Assembly (NCBI RefSeq): GCF_036365525.1
Contig: NC_090378.1
Coordinates: 94,849,605-94,913,604, forward strand
Direction: 5' to 3'
Length of the DNA: 64,000 nt
Origin: Heterodontus francisci
Lineage: Eukaryota
This document shows, piece by piece, positions 50,060 to 63,439 of the stretch (position 1 is its first letter; every line of letters starts with the position of its first letter). The position numbers and the translations under genes are program-made. The notes beneath the pieces were generated by a model. The model saw only the letters and a list, made by a program, of their open reading frames with translations, ran no database searches and was not told the DNA's origin.

Positions 50060-51442
50060 ATTCACTTTAACTTTCTTTCACAATGATTTTGTGGCCAGCA
50101 TATACGCACAATATTTCTGCATTGTTCCAACCATCCATGTTTTCAATGGGTAGCTCACTTTGCTGGACCCAGTCCATCCCAGTGACATAGTGGCTCAAAA
50201 AACAATGGTTCTGTCTCCCATTGACTATCCCCGACCCCATCCCTATACAGTATAGTGTCCAGCCTCTTCTGTACAAACTATTATAATAAAGGAGTTAAAA
50301 ATATACAAACAAAGCAAGAACATTTTTACTCATTGCCCAACTTGGGGCCTGCTTTCCTCAGAGAATGTATCTGAAGAAACTCAAGCAGCATTCAGTAACA
50401 GTTGCAGCCACTGACATTTGGTGGCAACTTTGAAATAATTCAAAGTTTCTATTTCAATCAAAGTTATTGGTTAGAGATCTTGGTTTATTAGCTCTAACAA
50501 TTAATTTACTTGTAGTTTTGTTATCTTACTAATTACCTTTAAACAATAATTGTTTAAACATATTTTTAAAATGTAAATATTAACCAAATACTTTGATCCT
50601 GAATAAACTTTTGTGATTAACATTATGCAATAATGTGCTAGAAAATTCACAGTGTCACAGAATCACAGAATAATACAGTGCAGAAGAGGCCCTTCGGCCC
50701 ATCGAGTCTGCACCGATGCATTAAAGACACCTGACCTGTCTACCTAATCCCATTTGCCAGCACTTGGCCCATAGCCTTGAATGTTATGACGTGCCAAGTG
50801 CTCATCCAGGTACTTTTTAAAGGATGTGAGGCAACCCGCCTCTACCACCCTCCCAGGCAGGGCATTCCAGACCATCACCACCCTCTGGGTAAAAAAGTTC
50901 TTCCTCAAATCCCCCTTAAACCTCCTGCTCCTCACCTTAAACTTGTGTCCCCTCGTAACTGACCCTTCAACTAAGGGGAACAGCTGCTCACTATCCATCC
51001 TGTCCATGCCCCTCATAATCTTGTACACCTCGATCAGGTCACCCCTCAGTCTTCTCTGCTCCAGCGAAAACAACCTAAGTCTATCCAACCTCTCTTCATA
51101 GCTTAAATGTTCCATCCCAGGCAACATCCTGCTCAATCGCCTCTGCACCCCCTCCAGTGCAATCACATCCTTCCTATAATGTGGCGACCAGAATTGCACA
51201 CAGTACTCCAGCTGTGGCCTTACCAAAGTTCTATACAACTCCAACTTGACCTCCCTGCTTTTGTAATCTATGCCTCGAATGATAAAGGCAAGTGTCCCAT
51301 ATGCCTTTTTCACCACCCTATTAACCTGCCCTTCAGCCTTCAGAGATCTATGGACAAACTCGCCAATGTCCCTTTGTTCCTTGGACCTTCCCAGTGTCAG
51401 GCTATTCATTGAATACTTCCGTGTCACATTACTCCTTCCAAA

Positions 51443-51794
51443 GGGCGGCACAGTGGCGCAGTGGTTAGCACCGCAGCCTCACAGCTCCAGGGACCCGGGT
51501 TCAATTCCGGGTACTGCCTGTGTGGAGTTTGCAAGTTCTCCCTGTGTCTGCGTGGGTTTTCTCTGGGTGCTCCGGTTTCCTCCCACAAGCCAAAAGACTT
51601 GCAGGTTGATAGGTAAATTGGCCATTATAAATTGTCACTAGTATAGGTAGGTGGTAGGGAAATATAGGGACAGGTGGGGATGTTTGGTAGGAATATGGGA
51701 TTAGTGTAGGATTAGTATAAATGGGTGGTTGATGTTCGGCACAGACTCGGTGGGCCGAAGGGCCTGTTTCAGTGCTGTATCTCTTAAAAAAAAA
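51443..51794 (+). mobile_element. HE1-type V-SINE, full length
   Basis: Near-identical to 44573-44923; inserted at cttccaaa|gtgtatc in CR1. Confidence 0.9.
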
Positions 51795-52388
51795 GTGTAT
51801 CACCTCACACTTTTCAGCGTTAAATTCCATCTGCCATTTTTCTGCCCATTTGACCATCCCGTCTATATCTTCCTGTAACCCAAGACAGTCAACCTCACTG
51901 TTAACCACTCGGCCAATCTTTGTGTCATCCATGAACTTACTGATCCTATCCCCCACATAGTCATCTATGTCGTTTATATAAATGACAAACAATAGGGGAC
52001 CCAGAGCAGATCCCTGTGGTACGACACTCGCTTCCAGTCACTAAAACAGCCATCTGTAATCACTCTCTGTCTCCTACAGCTGAGCCAATTTTGAATCCAC
52101 CTTATCAAGTTACCCTGTATCCATGTACATTTGCTTTCTTGATAAGTCTCCGATGTGGGACCTTTTCAAAGGCTTTGCTGAAATCCATGTACAACTGCAC
52201 TACCCTCATCTATACACCTGGTCACAAGCTCAAAAAATTCAATCAAATTTGTTAGGCATGACCTCCCTCTGACAAAGCCATGCTGACTATTCCTAATCAA
52301 ATTTTGCCTCTCTAAGTGGAGATAGATTCTCTCCTTCAGAATTTTCTCCAATAGTTTCCCTGCCACTGACATGAGACTCACTGGTCTG

Positions 52389-52720
52389 TAGCACCGCAGC
52401 CTCACAGCTCCAGCGACCCGGGATCAATTCTGGGTCCTGCCTGTGTGGAGTTTGCAAGTTCTCCCTGTGTCTGCGTGGGTTTCCTCCGGGTGCTCTGGTT
52501 TCCTCCCACAGCCAAAAGACTTGCAGGTTGATAGGTAAATTGGCCATTATAAATTGCCCCTAGTATAGGCAGGTGGTAGGGGAATATAGGGACAGGTGAG
52601 GATGTGGTAGAAATATGGGATTAATGTAGGATTAGTATATATGGGTGGTTAATGGTCGGCGCAGACTCGATGGGCCGAAGGACCTGTTTCAGTGCTGTAT
52701 CTCTAAATCTAAAAATCTAA
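52389..52720 (+). mobile_element. HE1-type V-SINE, 5'-truncated
   Basis: Near-identical to the other copies, starting at tagcaccgcagcc. Confidence 0.88.
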
Positions 52721-54599
52721 ACCTTTCTTAAATAGTGGGATCACATTAGCTGTTCTCCAGTCCTCTAGCACCTCCCTCGTGGCCAGAGAGGAATTAAAAA
52801 TTTGGGTCGGCCAATCAAATCATCAAACCAAAGACCATGGTTTCTTCAACCAATCATGATGTAATGAGAACCACCCACCAGATTAAGAGCTTGTGCCAAC
52901 ATATTTCCCAACACTGGTTTTAAGCATCACAGAGATTGTAATTTGTAGAACAGGAATTTGTTTCAACCAGAATATTCACCTTTGCACTGCTGAATGAGAT
53001 ATACTAGTCAGCACAAAGCTGTGCAAGATAGAAAAATTCATTGCAGTAGCAGATACAGTTCATAACTGGTTGATCTTCCATGATACTATTACACCTAGGG
53101 AGTCAGGGCCAAGCAGTGTTCCATTCAAGCACAGGTTAAAAGGCAATAGTGTAACTGAACTAAGGTGGGAAAGGAGAAGAGGCAAGATGGAAGGGAGGGT
53201 GTGAGAAGGGGAGGATTGCAAGGAAGATTCAAAATCCTCCTCCAAATCCTATCCCCACCAGGTCCCACACCTCTATCACTTCCATTCTTGGTGACCATAT
53301 TGGATCCTGATCACCCAATAGTTCAAAGTTTAAATTCTTATCATTTTGTTTAAATCTCTTCAAGGCTTCTTCCCTCCCTATCTCTGTTCCCTCTGACAAA
53401 CTAGTCCCCAAAATTTCCATTCCCAGGACTGTGTATCCCCCTTCATCCTGCCATTTGTGACCATGCTTTCATCTGTGCTCTCGCATTCTCTTCCTAAATT
53501 CTGCTGCCCTTCCACCTCCTTTTCCTTCTTTAGGTTTTTGGTCACCCTTCTTAATCTGTCCTTTTTTGGCTTGTGAAGTACCTTAGACTGTGTTTTATCT
53601 TTTTTTAAAGCTATATAAATGCAAGTTATTGCTGCTGTCATTGTTGAGAGGAGCGGAGAAGGAGGGAGGAGAGGAAAGGCGAAGGAGGGCAGGGTGAGTG
53701 GGGAGAGTGGGGGAAAGGGGGGAAGGGGAAGGAGGGGGATCACAGAATGGGAGACAAGAACATGGGAATGAGGATGTGAGGGAAAGGAGGGAAATCACAG
53801 CTTTCAGGGATAGCTCCCTAAGCTGTTCAGTAAGGAAAGAATGGATTAATGTAAGGCATTCATAAGTTGAAGGTGGGAAGAAAAGAAATTTGGGAATGGT
53901 TAAAGATGATTTTTTAAAAGCAAATAAAAGAAAAAACATTAGAAAAAAAGAGTTTAGGAGGAAATCTTTAAAACTAAAAAGGGAATATCTATTTTAAAAC
54001 TATCATATTCTTTCCAAAAAACCAAGAACATGATTTATAAATTAGGAAATGACAAGCAAAATGATTTATAGTTAATCTGAGCATAGTATTTTCTTCCCTT
54101 CCTCAGTAATAATGAGTAGGACTGCTTTGCCAGACTGGCTGATCCTTGCTTGTTGGCTGTATTACATATTTGTCAAATATATTTATATATTATATATTTG
54201 CCAAAATTGTAATCGTTCAAAGGGCTCCAGAATTTCATTAGAAATGACAACCATTTGGTGGGATTTCATTCTTTATTCCCACAGGATGGACAGGAGACTT
54301 TAATGGGATCACTTGCTTTCGTTAGCATTGTGCATCTCCCATCTATTGTTAAGATAGTTGAAATCAGAAGTTGACATGTTTCATTAACATGAAGAAAGTG
54401 CCCTCAGAATTTAACAGAGGAAATTCTTTGTTCATTCTTTTAAAGTCCACAAGGTCTGGCTGTTTTTTTTTCCATTAGTGTCAAGATCGCTTTAGTCTTT
54501 GACATTTCACTTAACCAATGCTGAATTTTCCTGCCTGCAAGCAAGCAACAAATTGCAATTATGGGATATATTAAAATTATTGGCAGCAACATATTCCTA

Positions 54600-54970
54600 T
54601 TGCGAGTAACCAAGAATTACTTGGTTAAACGCCTCTGTGGTCTCACCTCTCCTTATCTCTGTTGCCTCCTCTAGCCCTACAATCCTCTGCATTCCTCCAA
54701 CTCTGGCCTCTTGCGTATCCCCCATGCCCTTCACTCCATCATTGGTGGTCATGGCTTCAGCTGTCTCGGCCCTAAGCTCTGAAATTCCCTCCCTAAACCT
54801 CAGTCTCTCCACCTCTCTTTCTTCTTTTAAGAGGGAGCTTAAAACCTTTGTCTCTCCTAATATACCCATCTTTGGCTTTATGTCAAGTTTTGTCCCGATT
54901 AGGCTCCTGTGAAACACCTTGGGACATTTTACTACATTAAAGGTGCTATATAAATGCAAATTGTTATTGT
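54600..54970 (+). mobile_element. L2-type LINE 3' end
   Basis: ggcttcagctgtctcggccctaagctctgaaattccctccctaaacct..ctatataaatgcaaattgttattgttg. Similar pieces lie at ~53300-53640 and ~29180-29400. Confidence 0.6.
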
Positions 54971-55896
54971 TGATTAATATGCCATTTAGGTGTGGCACTA
55001 TTAATGTAAGGTTATCTGGTCTATGTGTGTCCCATGTATAACACTGCGAACTCTAATAAAACGAAGGAAGAACGGCCCAACAGGAACTGAAACGCGCCTT
55101 AGGTTTTCTAATGTTATCATGTTAAACACTGAAACAACATAGTGAGATCAGGTCTAAAGATGCAATGCAGAATGGCAACTGGGGCTCTCAGATACTAATT
55201 CCCGGAATGGATTCACGGACTGGATTGTGTACTCCGCAACATTAGAGATTTCACAGGAGTCAAATGCCTGAAATAAAAATGTTAACTAAAAATGCTGGAA
55301 ATACAATCAGCAATTCAAGTCACAATCTACAAAGGGAGCAAACGGGTTCTCATTTCGGGTGTATGACCTTTCCTTAGAACCGATTTGACTGGTACTCTTG
55401 CAGGCTCTAAGATCCGCTCTTCCCTGATCTGCAACCGCTTTTCTAAAACACTCCTCAGCTGGGGAGCTAGAAACGCCCAGGTTAAAAGACATTGCACTCC
55501 ATACTGATCGACGCCAGTTTAAAGTCAGACAAGGAAAGGTTGCGATAGTTGGGTATGTTGGTTTATTTTAATATGATTGTGGTGGGTGGGGATCAGTAGT
55601 AGTAGTAGTAGTAGTGGTGGTGGTGGGTAAGCGATAATTAAAGATTAAGTTTCATTGTTACAGATTGAAATTACCTTTGGACAAAGGGTAAGGGGTTAGA
55701 CTGGGTGAAACTGATGCGAAACTTCCTGGTTTACTGACCAGATCTGCAGATAACTCACCTCAATTGATAATCATCAGTCTTTTGCTTAGAATGGTTGATG
55801 AATTTTGATTTTTTTGTATTGAGGATGATGCTGGTGAAATATCTCAGACCCGCAAATAAAAACCAGGATTATAACCTTAAATGGGGCTGACATTAC

Positions 55897-58800
55897 TTTT
55901 TTTTTATTCATTCGTGGGATGTGGGCATCGCTGGCCAGGCCAGCACTTATTGCCCATCCCTAATTGCCCTTGAGAAGGTGGTGGTGAGCTGCCCTCTTGA
56001 ACTGTTGCAGTCCATGTGCAGTAGGTACACCCACAGTGCTGGGAGTTCCAGGATTTTGACCCAGCGACGGTGAAGGAACGGCAATATAGTTCCAAGTCAG
56101 GATGGTGTGTGACTTGGAGGGGTATGCATTTGCTGCCCTTGTACTTCTAGTTGGTAGAGGTCGCGGGTTTGGAAGGTGCTGTCTAAAGAGCCTTGGTGCG
56201 TTGCTGCAGTGCATCTTGTAGATGATACACACTGCTGCCACTGTGCGTCAGTGGTGGAGGGAGTGAATGCTTGTAGATGGGGTGCCAATCAAGTGGGCTG
56301 CTTTGTCCTGGATGGTGTCGAGCTTCCTGAGTGTTGTTAGAGCTGCACCCATCCAGACAAGTGGAGAGTATTCCATCACACTCCTGACTTGTGCTTTGTA
56401 GATGGTGGACAGGCTTTGGGGAGTCAGGAGGAGGTGAGTTACTCGCTGCAGGATTCCTAGCCTCTGACCTGCTCTTGTAGCCACCGTATTTATATGGCTG
56501 CTCCAGTTCAGCTTCTGGTTAATGGTAACCCCTAGGATGTTGATCGTGGGGGATTCAGCGATGGTAATGCCATTGAATGTCAAGGGGAGATGGTTAGATT
56601 CTCTCTTGTTGGAGATGGTCATTGCCCAGCACTTGTGTGGCGTGAATGTTACTTGCCACTTAGCCCAAGTCTGGATATTGTCCAGGCCTTGCTGCATTTC
56701 TACACAGACTGCTTCGGTATCTGAGGAGTCACGAATGATGCTGAACAATTTGCAATCATCAGCGAACATCCCCACTTCTGACCTTATGATTGAAGGAAGG
56801 TCATTGATGAAGCAGCTGACTATGGTTGGGCCTAGGACACTACCCTGAGGAACTCCTGTAGTGATGTCCTGGAGCTCAGATGATTGACCTCCAACAACCA
56901 CAACCATCTTCCTTTGCGCTAGGTATGACTCCAACCAGCGGAGGATTTTCCCCCTGATTCCCATTGACCTCAGTTTTGCTAGGGCTCCTTGATGCCATAC
57001 TCGGTCAAATGCTGCCTTGATGTCAAGGGCAGTCACTATCACCTCACCTCTTGAGTTCAGCTCTTTTGTCCATGTTTGAACCAAGGCTGTAATGAGGTCA
57101 GGAGCTGAATGGCCCTGGCAGAACCCAAACTGAGCGTCACTGAGCAGGTGATTGCTAAGCAAGTGCCGTTTGATGGCACTGTTGATGACCCCTTCTATCA
57201 CTTTACTGATGATTGAGAGTTGGGCTGATGGGGTGGTAATTGGCTGCTTTGGCCTTGTCCTGCTTTTTGTGTACAAGACATACCTGGGCAATTTTCCACA
57301 TGGCCGGGTAGATGCCAGTGTTGTAGCTATATTGGAACAGCTTGGCCAGGGGCACGGCAACTTCTGGAGCACAGGTCTTCAGTACAATTGCCAGAATATT
57401 GTCAGGGCCCATAGCCTTTGCAGTATCCAGTGTCTTCAGTCGTTTCTTGATATCACATGGAGTGAATCGAATTGGCTGAAGTCTAGCATCTGTGATGCTG
57501 GGGACTTCAGGAGGAGGCCGAGATGGATCATCAACGGCACATCTGGCTGAAGATTGTTGCAAATGTTTCAGCCTTATCTTTTGCACTGATGTGCTGGGCT
57601 CCCCCATCAGTGAGGATGGGGATATTTGTGGAGCCACCTCCTCCTGTTAGTTGTTTAATTGTCCACCACCATTCACGGCTGGATGTGGCAGGACTGCAGA
57701 GCTTAGATCAGATCCGTTCGTTGTGGGATCGCTTAGTTCTGTCTATTGCATGCTGCTTACGCAGTTTGGCACACAGATAGTCCTGTGTTGTAGCTTCACC
57801 AGGTTGTCACCTCATTTTGAGCTTTCCGTGGTGCTGCTCTTGGCATGCCCTCCTGCACTCTTCATTGTACCAGGGTTGGTCTCCTGGCTTGATGGTAATG
57901 ATAGAGTGGGGGATATGCTGGGCATGAGGTTACAGATTGTGGTTGAGTACAATTTTTCTGCTGCAGATGGCCCACAGCGCCTCATGGATGCCCAGTTTTG
58001 CATTGCTAGATCTGTTTGAAATCTATCCCATTTAGCACGGTGATAGTGCCACACAACACGAAGGAGGGTATTCTCAATGTGAAGTCGGGACTTCGTCTCC
58101 ACAACAACTGTGCGGTGGTCACTCCTTCCAATACTGTCATGGACAGATGCATCTGCGGCAGGCAGATTGGTGAGGACTAGGTCAAGCATGTTTTCCCCTC
58201 TTGTTGGTTCCTTCACCACCTGCCGCATACCTAGTCTAGCAGATATGTCCTTTAGGACTCGGCCAGCTCGGTCAGTAGTGGTGCTACCGAGCCACTCTTC
58301 GTGATGGACATTGAAGTCCCCCACCCAGAGTACATTCTGTGCCCTTGACACCCTCAGTGCTTCCTCCAAGTGCTGTTCAACATGGAGGAGCACTGACTCA
58401 TCAGCTGAGGGAGGCCTTAGGTGGTAATCAGCAGGAGGTTTCCTTGGCCATGTTTGACCTGATGCCATGAGACTTCATGGGGTCCAGAGTCGATGTTGAG
58501 GACTCCCAGGGCAACTCCCTCCCTACTGTATACCACTGTGTCGCCACCTCTGCTGGGTCTGTCCTGCTGGTGGGACAGGACATACCCAGGCATGGTGATG
58601 GCAGTGTCTGGGACATTGTCTGCCAGGTATGATTCTGTGAGTATGACTGTGTCAGACTGTTGCTCGACTAGTCTGTGGGACAGCTCTCCCAACTTTGGCA
58701 CAAGACCCCAGATGTTAGTAAGGATGACTTTGCAGGGTCGACAGGGCTTGGTTTGTCGTTGTCATTTCCGGTGCCTAGGTCAATGCCAGGTGGTCCGTCC

Positions 58801-58970
58801 GGTTTGATTCCTTTTTATTGACTTTGTAATGGTTAGATACAACTGAGTGGCTTGCTAGGTCATTCCAGAGGGCATGTAAGAGTTAACCACATTGCTGTGG
58901 GACTGGTGTCACATGTAGGCCAGACCAGGTAAGGACAGCAGATTTCCTTCCCTAAAGGAATTTACTAAAC
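55897..58970 (-). mobile_element. Near-full-length non-LTR retrotransposon (APE endonuclease + RT, CR1/L2 group, no evident ORF1), frameshifted
   Basis: VILTESYL, WVGDFNVHH, EPTRGENMLDL and SDH (APE); QFGF, ALDIKAAFDRVWH, GVPQGSVLGP and MFADD (RT). Poly-A tail at 55897-55905. Confidence 0.92.
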
Positions 58971-59629
58971 CTGCAAGCAATTGATTCTGTTGCTCTATTC
59001 TAATGCTGAGTTACATCGAGTCTACAACACAGAAACAAGTTATTCGGCCCAAACTGGTCTACGTTAGTGTTTGTGCTGCATAAGAGCCTCCTCCCATCCT
59101 ATTTCATCCAACTCTATCAACAGAACCTATTCCCTTTGTGTTTGACAAATCTATTAGAATTTTTTGAGGGTGTAACAAGCAGGGTAGATAGGGGGTACCA
59201 ATAGATGTAGAATTTTCAGAAGATAATCAATAAGGTGCAACACTTATCTAGCTTCCCCTTAAATGCATATATGCTATTTGCCTCAACTACTGCATATGGC
59301 AGCGAGTTCCACATTCTGATCATTCTTCAAGTTTCTGCTGAATTCCTTATTGGATTTATTAGTGACTATCCTGTCTTGTATTTATGGCGCCTAGTTTTTG
59401 AATCCCCTACAAGTAGAAATATCATCTTTAAGTTTGTCCTATTGAAACCTTAAGCATTTTAAAAACTTCGATCCATTTAAAGGTCACCTCTCTGCCTTCT
59501 CTTTTCTATAGAAAAGAGCCCCAGCCTGTTCAGTCTTTTCTGATAGTTACAACAGGCTGTGTGTTATACTGAAGATCATCTTGTTAATGTATGGTTTTCA
59601 ACCAATCTGTGCATGTATGTGGCGATGCA

Positions 59630-61682
59630 GACAGATATTTTGCATCGGTCTTTACTATTGAGGATAAAAGTAACATCCCAGTATGAGCTGTAAGTCAGGA
59701 AATGGAAGGGAGGGAGGAACTCGAGAAAATTACAATCACCAGGGAAGTGGTACTGAACAAATTGTTGGAGCTGCGGGCTAACAAGTCCCCGGGTCCTGAT
59801 GGACTTCATCCTAGGCTGTTAAGAGAAGTGGCTATTGAGATAGTTGATGTGTTCGTTTTAATTTTCCAAAATTCCCTAGATTCCAGGAAGGTTCCGTTAG
59901 GTTGGAAAACAGCGAATGTAAGTCCTGTATTCAAAAAGGGAAGGAGACAGTAAGCAGGAAACTACAGCTTAACATCTGTTTTAAGGAAAATGTTAGAAGC
60001 TATTATTAAAGATGTTATAGCAGGACATTTAGAAAAATTTAAGGTAATCAGGCAGAGTCAACATGGTTTTATGAAAGGGAAATCATGTTTAACCAATTTA
60101 TTGTTCTTTGAGGGAGTTACATGTGCTGTGGATAAAGGGAAACCAGTGGATGTATTGTACTTAGATTTCCAGAAAGCATTTGATAAGGTGCCACATCAAA
60201 GGTTATTGCAGAAAATAAAAGCTCATGGTGTACAGGGTAACATATTGGCATGGATAGAAGAATCGTTAGCTAACAGGAAACAGAGTAGATAGAAATGGGT
60301 CATTTTCTGATTGGCAAGATGTAACAAGTGGTGCGTCACAGGGATCTGTTCTGGGGCCTCAACTTTTTACTATTTATATAAATGACTTCGATGAAGAGAC
60401 TGAAGGTATGATTGCTAAATTTGCTGATGACACAAAGATAGGTAGGAAAGTAACTTGTGAAGAGGATTTAAGAAGGCTACAAAGGGATATAGATGGATTA
60501 AGTGAGTGGGCAAAGACCTGCCAAATGGAGTATAATGTGGAAAGTGTGAAATTGTCCACTTTGGCAGGAAGAATAAAAAAGAAGCATATTATCCTAGTGG
60601 TGAGAGATTGCAGAGTGAGATGCAGAGGGATCTGGGTGTCCTAGTACATGAATCGCAAAAGGTTAGTACGCAGGTACAGCACCTAATTAGGAAAGCTAAT
60701 AGAATGTTATCGTTATCGGGTGGCGCAGTGGTTAGCACCGCAGTCTCACAGCTCCAGCGACCCGGGTTCAATTCTGGGTACTGCCTGTGTGGAGTTTGCA
60801 AGTTCTCCCTGTGTCTGCGTGGGTTTTCGCCGGGTGCTCCGGTTTCCTCCCACCACCAAAAGACTTGCAGGTTGATAGGTAAATTGGCCATTATAAATTG
60901 CCCCTAGTATAGGTAGGTGATAGGAGAATATAGGGACAGGTGGGGATGTGGTAGGAATATGGGATTAGTGTAGGATTAGTATAAATGGGTGGTTGATGGT
61001 CAGCACAGACTCGGTGGGCCGAAGGGCCTGTGTCAGTGCTGTATCTCTAAATAAATAAATAATTGCAAGGGGAATTGAATACAAAAGTGGGGAGGTTATG
61101 CTTCAGCTATACAGGGCATTGGTGAGACCACATCTGGAGTACTGTGTACAGTATTGGTCTCCTTATTTAAGGAAGGATGTAAATGCATTGGAGGCAGTAC
61201 AGAGATTTACTAGACTAATAATTGGAATGGGTGGCCTGTCTTATGAGGAAAGATTGGACAGGCTAGGCTTGTATCTGCTGGAATTTAGAAGAGTAAAAGG
61301 CAACCTGATTAAAACATATAAGATCCTGAGGGGTCTTGACAGGGTGAATATGGAAAGGATGTTTCCCCATGTGGGAGAATCTAGAACTAGGGGTCACTGT
61401 TTAAGAATAAGGGGTTGCCCATTTAAGACAGAGATGAGGAGAATTTTTTTCTCTCGGAGGGTCATGAGTCTTTGGAATTCTCTTCCTCAAAAGGCGATGC
61501 TAGCAGAGTCTTTGAATATTTTTAAGGCACTGGTAGATAGATTCTTGACAAGCAAGGGGGTGGAAGGTTATCGGGGGTAGGTGGAAATGTGGAGTAATCA
61601 GTTCAGCCATGAACTTATTGAATGGCAGAGCAGGCTCGAAGGGTGGAGTGGCCTACTCCTGCTCCTAATTTGTATGTTTGTT
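59630..61682 (+). mobile_element. CR1 ORF2 fragment with HE1 SINE insertion
   Basis: KSPGPDGLHPRLL, QSQHGFMKGKSCLTNL, YLDFQKAFDKVPH, KFADDTK and RPHLEYCVQYWSP. Confidence 0.92.
60718..61062 (+). mobile_element. HE1-type V-SINE
   Basis: Near-identical to the other copies, with a (TAAA)n tail. Confidence 0.9.
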
Positions 61683-63439
61683 TAGGAGCTTTCACCCAGC
61701 CCCTTTGTGTCATATGAACGCCTGACTCGAGATAAGGCTATCTTTGGTGACTTGCTAAGTCACTGATACTGTTTGTACTTTGCACTGCTCCTCCTTTTAA
61801 AGTTTCAGAGAGAAACTGATAAACTTTGGTTATATTTCTCGCTTTCTAAATAAAAGTAGAGATTTCATTTAGCTAGTTGTGGTACGGCCCAGGTTATCAA
61901 GAATGACAGAGTTTATGGTAACTGCCAATATACCTCCTAGTCTGAGAATTGAGGTCTAAATTTAATCACACCTTGGTGTCCTCCCTCTACACTTTGGTCA
62001 CCTTCTGCATTTGAGTACTTCTCCTTATTCCACTCCCTCTCCTTTCCTTTAAAATTAGCGCACTCCCCTACCCACTGCCAGCCCTATCCCAATTTTCTGC
62101 CCGTGATAGTCTGCTTTCCTCTCTCGGCCTCTACCGAGTGAGTCTGTACCCTCTGGTTGCATTGTTGATCTTGCCCTCTCTTCTCTGATTTCACTGCCCT
62201 CCCTAAACCATACTAACTCTCCCAGCCTTGCTATCTCATGTGGCCCTCTACCCATGTCCTTAACCACAGACCAGATCATCTGGCTGCTTCCTTGTATTAT
62301 CATCTGCATCCCCTCTTTCAACCCCACTTTGTGCAATGTTTGCCATTGGGGGAAAAAAAACTCTCTTCTTTCCCACCCCTTTGCCTAAGTTACTTAGAAC
62401 AGTATTTTCAAACTCGCAGCTGCCTTGCATTTGGCCGTTCATTTGCCACAATACTTCAGTAGCTGTAAATCTGCTCCGTCACCTCCACCTTTACTGCCCT
62501 TGTCCCCAGTAAAAGCTTTGCACTCTCCCATCCTGGTTGTTCCTCCTGGATGGCCCCCATCTTCACTCCCTCAAATACAGATGGTGCAGACTTCAATGTA
62601 TCCAACACAAACTGGTTTAGTCATCTATCAGCAGATTTGGCCAGACAACTTGTCCTCCATTTTAGTTATTCATTCTGAGAATGTGGGCATCACCAGATTT
62701 ATTGCCCATCTCTAGTTATCCTTAAAAAGTGAAGGTATAGTTTGATAAAACTGGCCTAAATGCCACTGCAGAGTGCAGTTTAGAGTCACTCTTCTAGTGT
62801 TGGGCTAGATTTTTATTTTTCCAAGATGGCTGCCGTGCTGGCAGCTCTGTTGGGAACTCCCTTGTATGCACCTGTATCCTTGGTCATCCATTGTCATCCT
62901 CTGACACTCTATCCTTCCAATTGCTTCTGGAGTCACTCTCCACACCCGTTTCCGAACCTGGATATCAATTTGTCAATGCTCCACCCTACCTGCGCTAACC
63001 TTATCCCACCATAAGACCACTGACTAACTCTGGATTCCTCCCTATTGGTTCCCCTCTCATATCTGTTTATTATCAGGACATAGCTATCCTAATCTCGTTA
63101 TGTAACCAGGCCTATGTAACTTTTCTTTATGTCCATTCGTGTGTGCATTTTGGCTATGCTCCAGACCTGAGTCCATAACTTCTATTTTCACTTTACTTTT
63201 CCCCTTTTCTTTTTATTACTACTTTTTCTCTTTAACCCACTCCAAGGCCCCTCTTTTCTGTTGTCATACCTCCTTTCATTTCTCTCCTCTCCTGTATTAT
63301 GGCCTCCCAAATCCTTACTCCGACCTTTCTGTACTCCTTGATCTTCCTACCGTCCTGCTGCCATTCCAGGCTTGACTCCCTCTTAGATAATCCTACAGCT
63401 TCCCTCTCTGCCTCTCTTGGCAAGCTCCAAAGGGCCCAT

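Larger units (their letters stand above)
50652..52808 (-). mobile_element. Relatively young CR1 (HER1-like) ORF2 fragment interrupted by two HE1 SINEs
   Basis: YRPVSLMSVAGK..SQHGFVRGRSCLTNLIEFFE, FVIYINDID..SKFMDDTK, and a 235 aa open C-terminal ORF (50744-51451). Confidence 0.92.

Noticed and set aside
55594-55627. (AGT)n(GGT)n microsatellite
   Set aside because: Ordinary short simple repeat.
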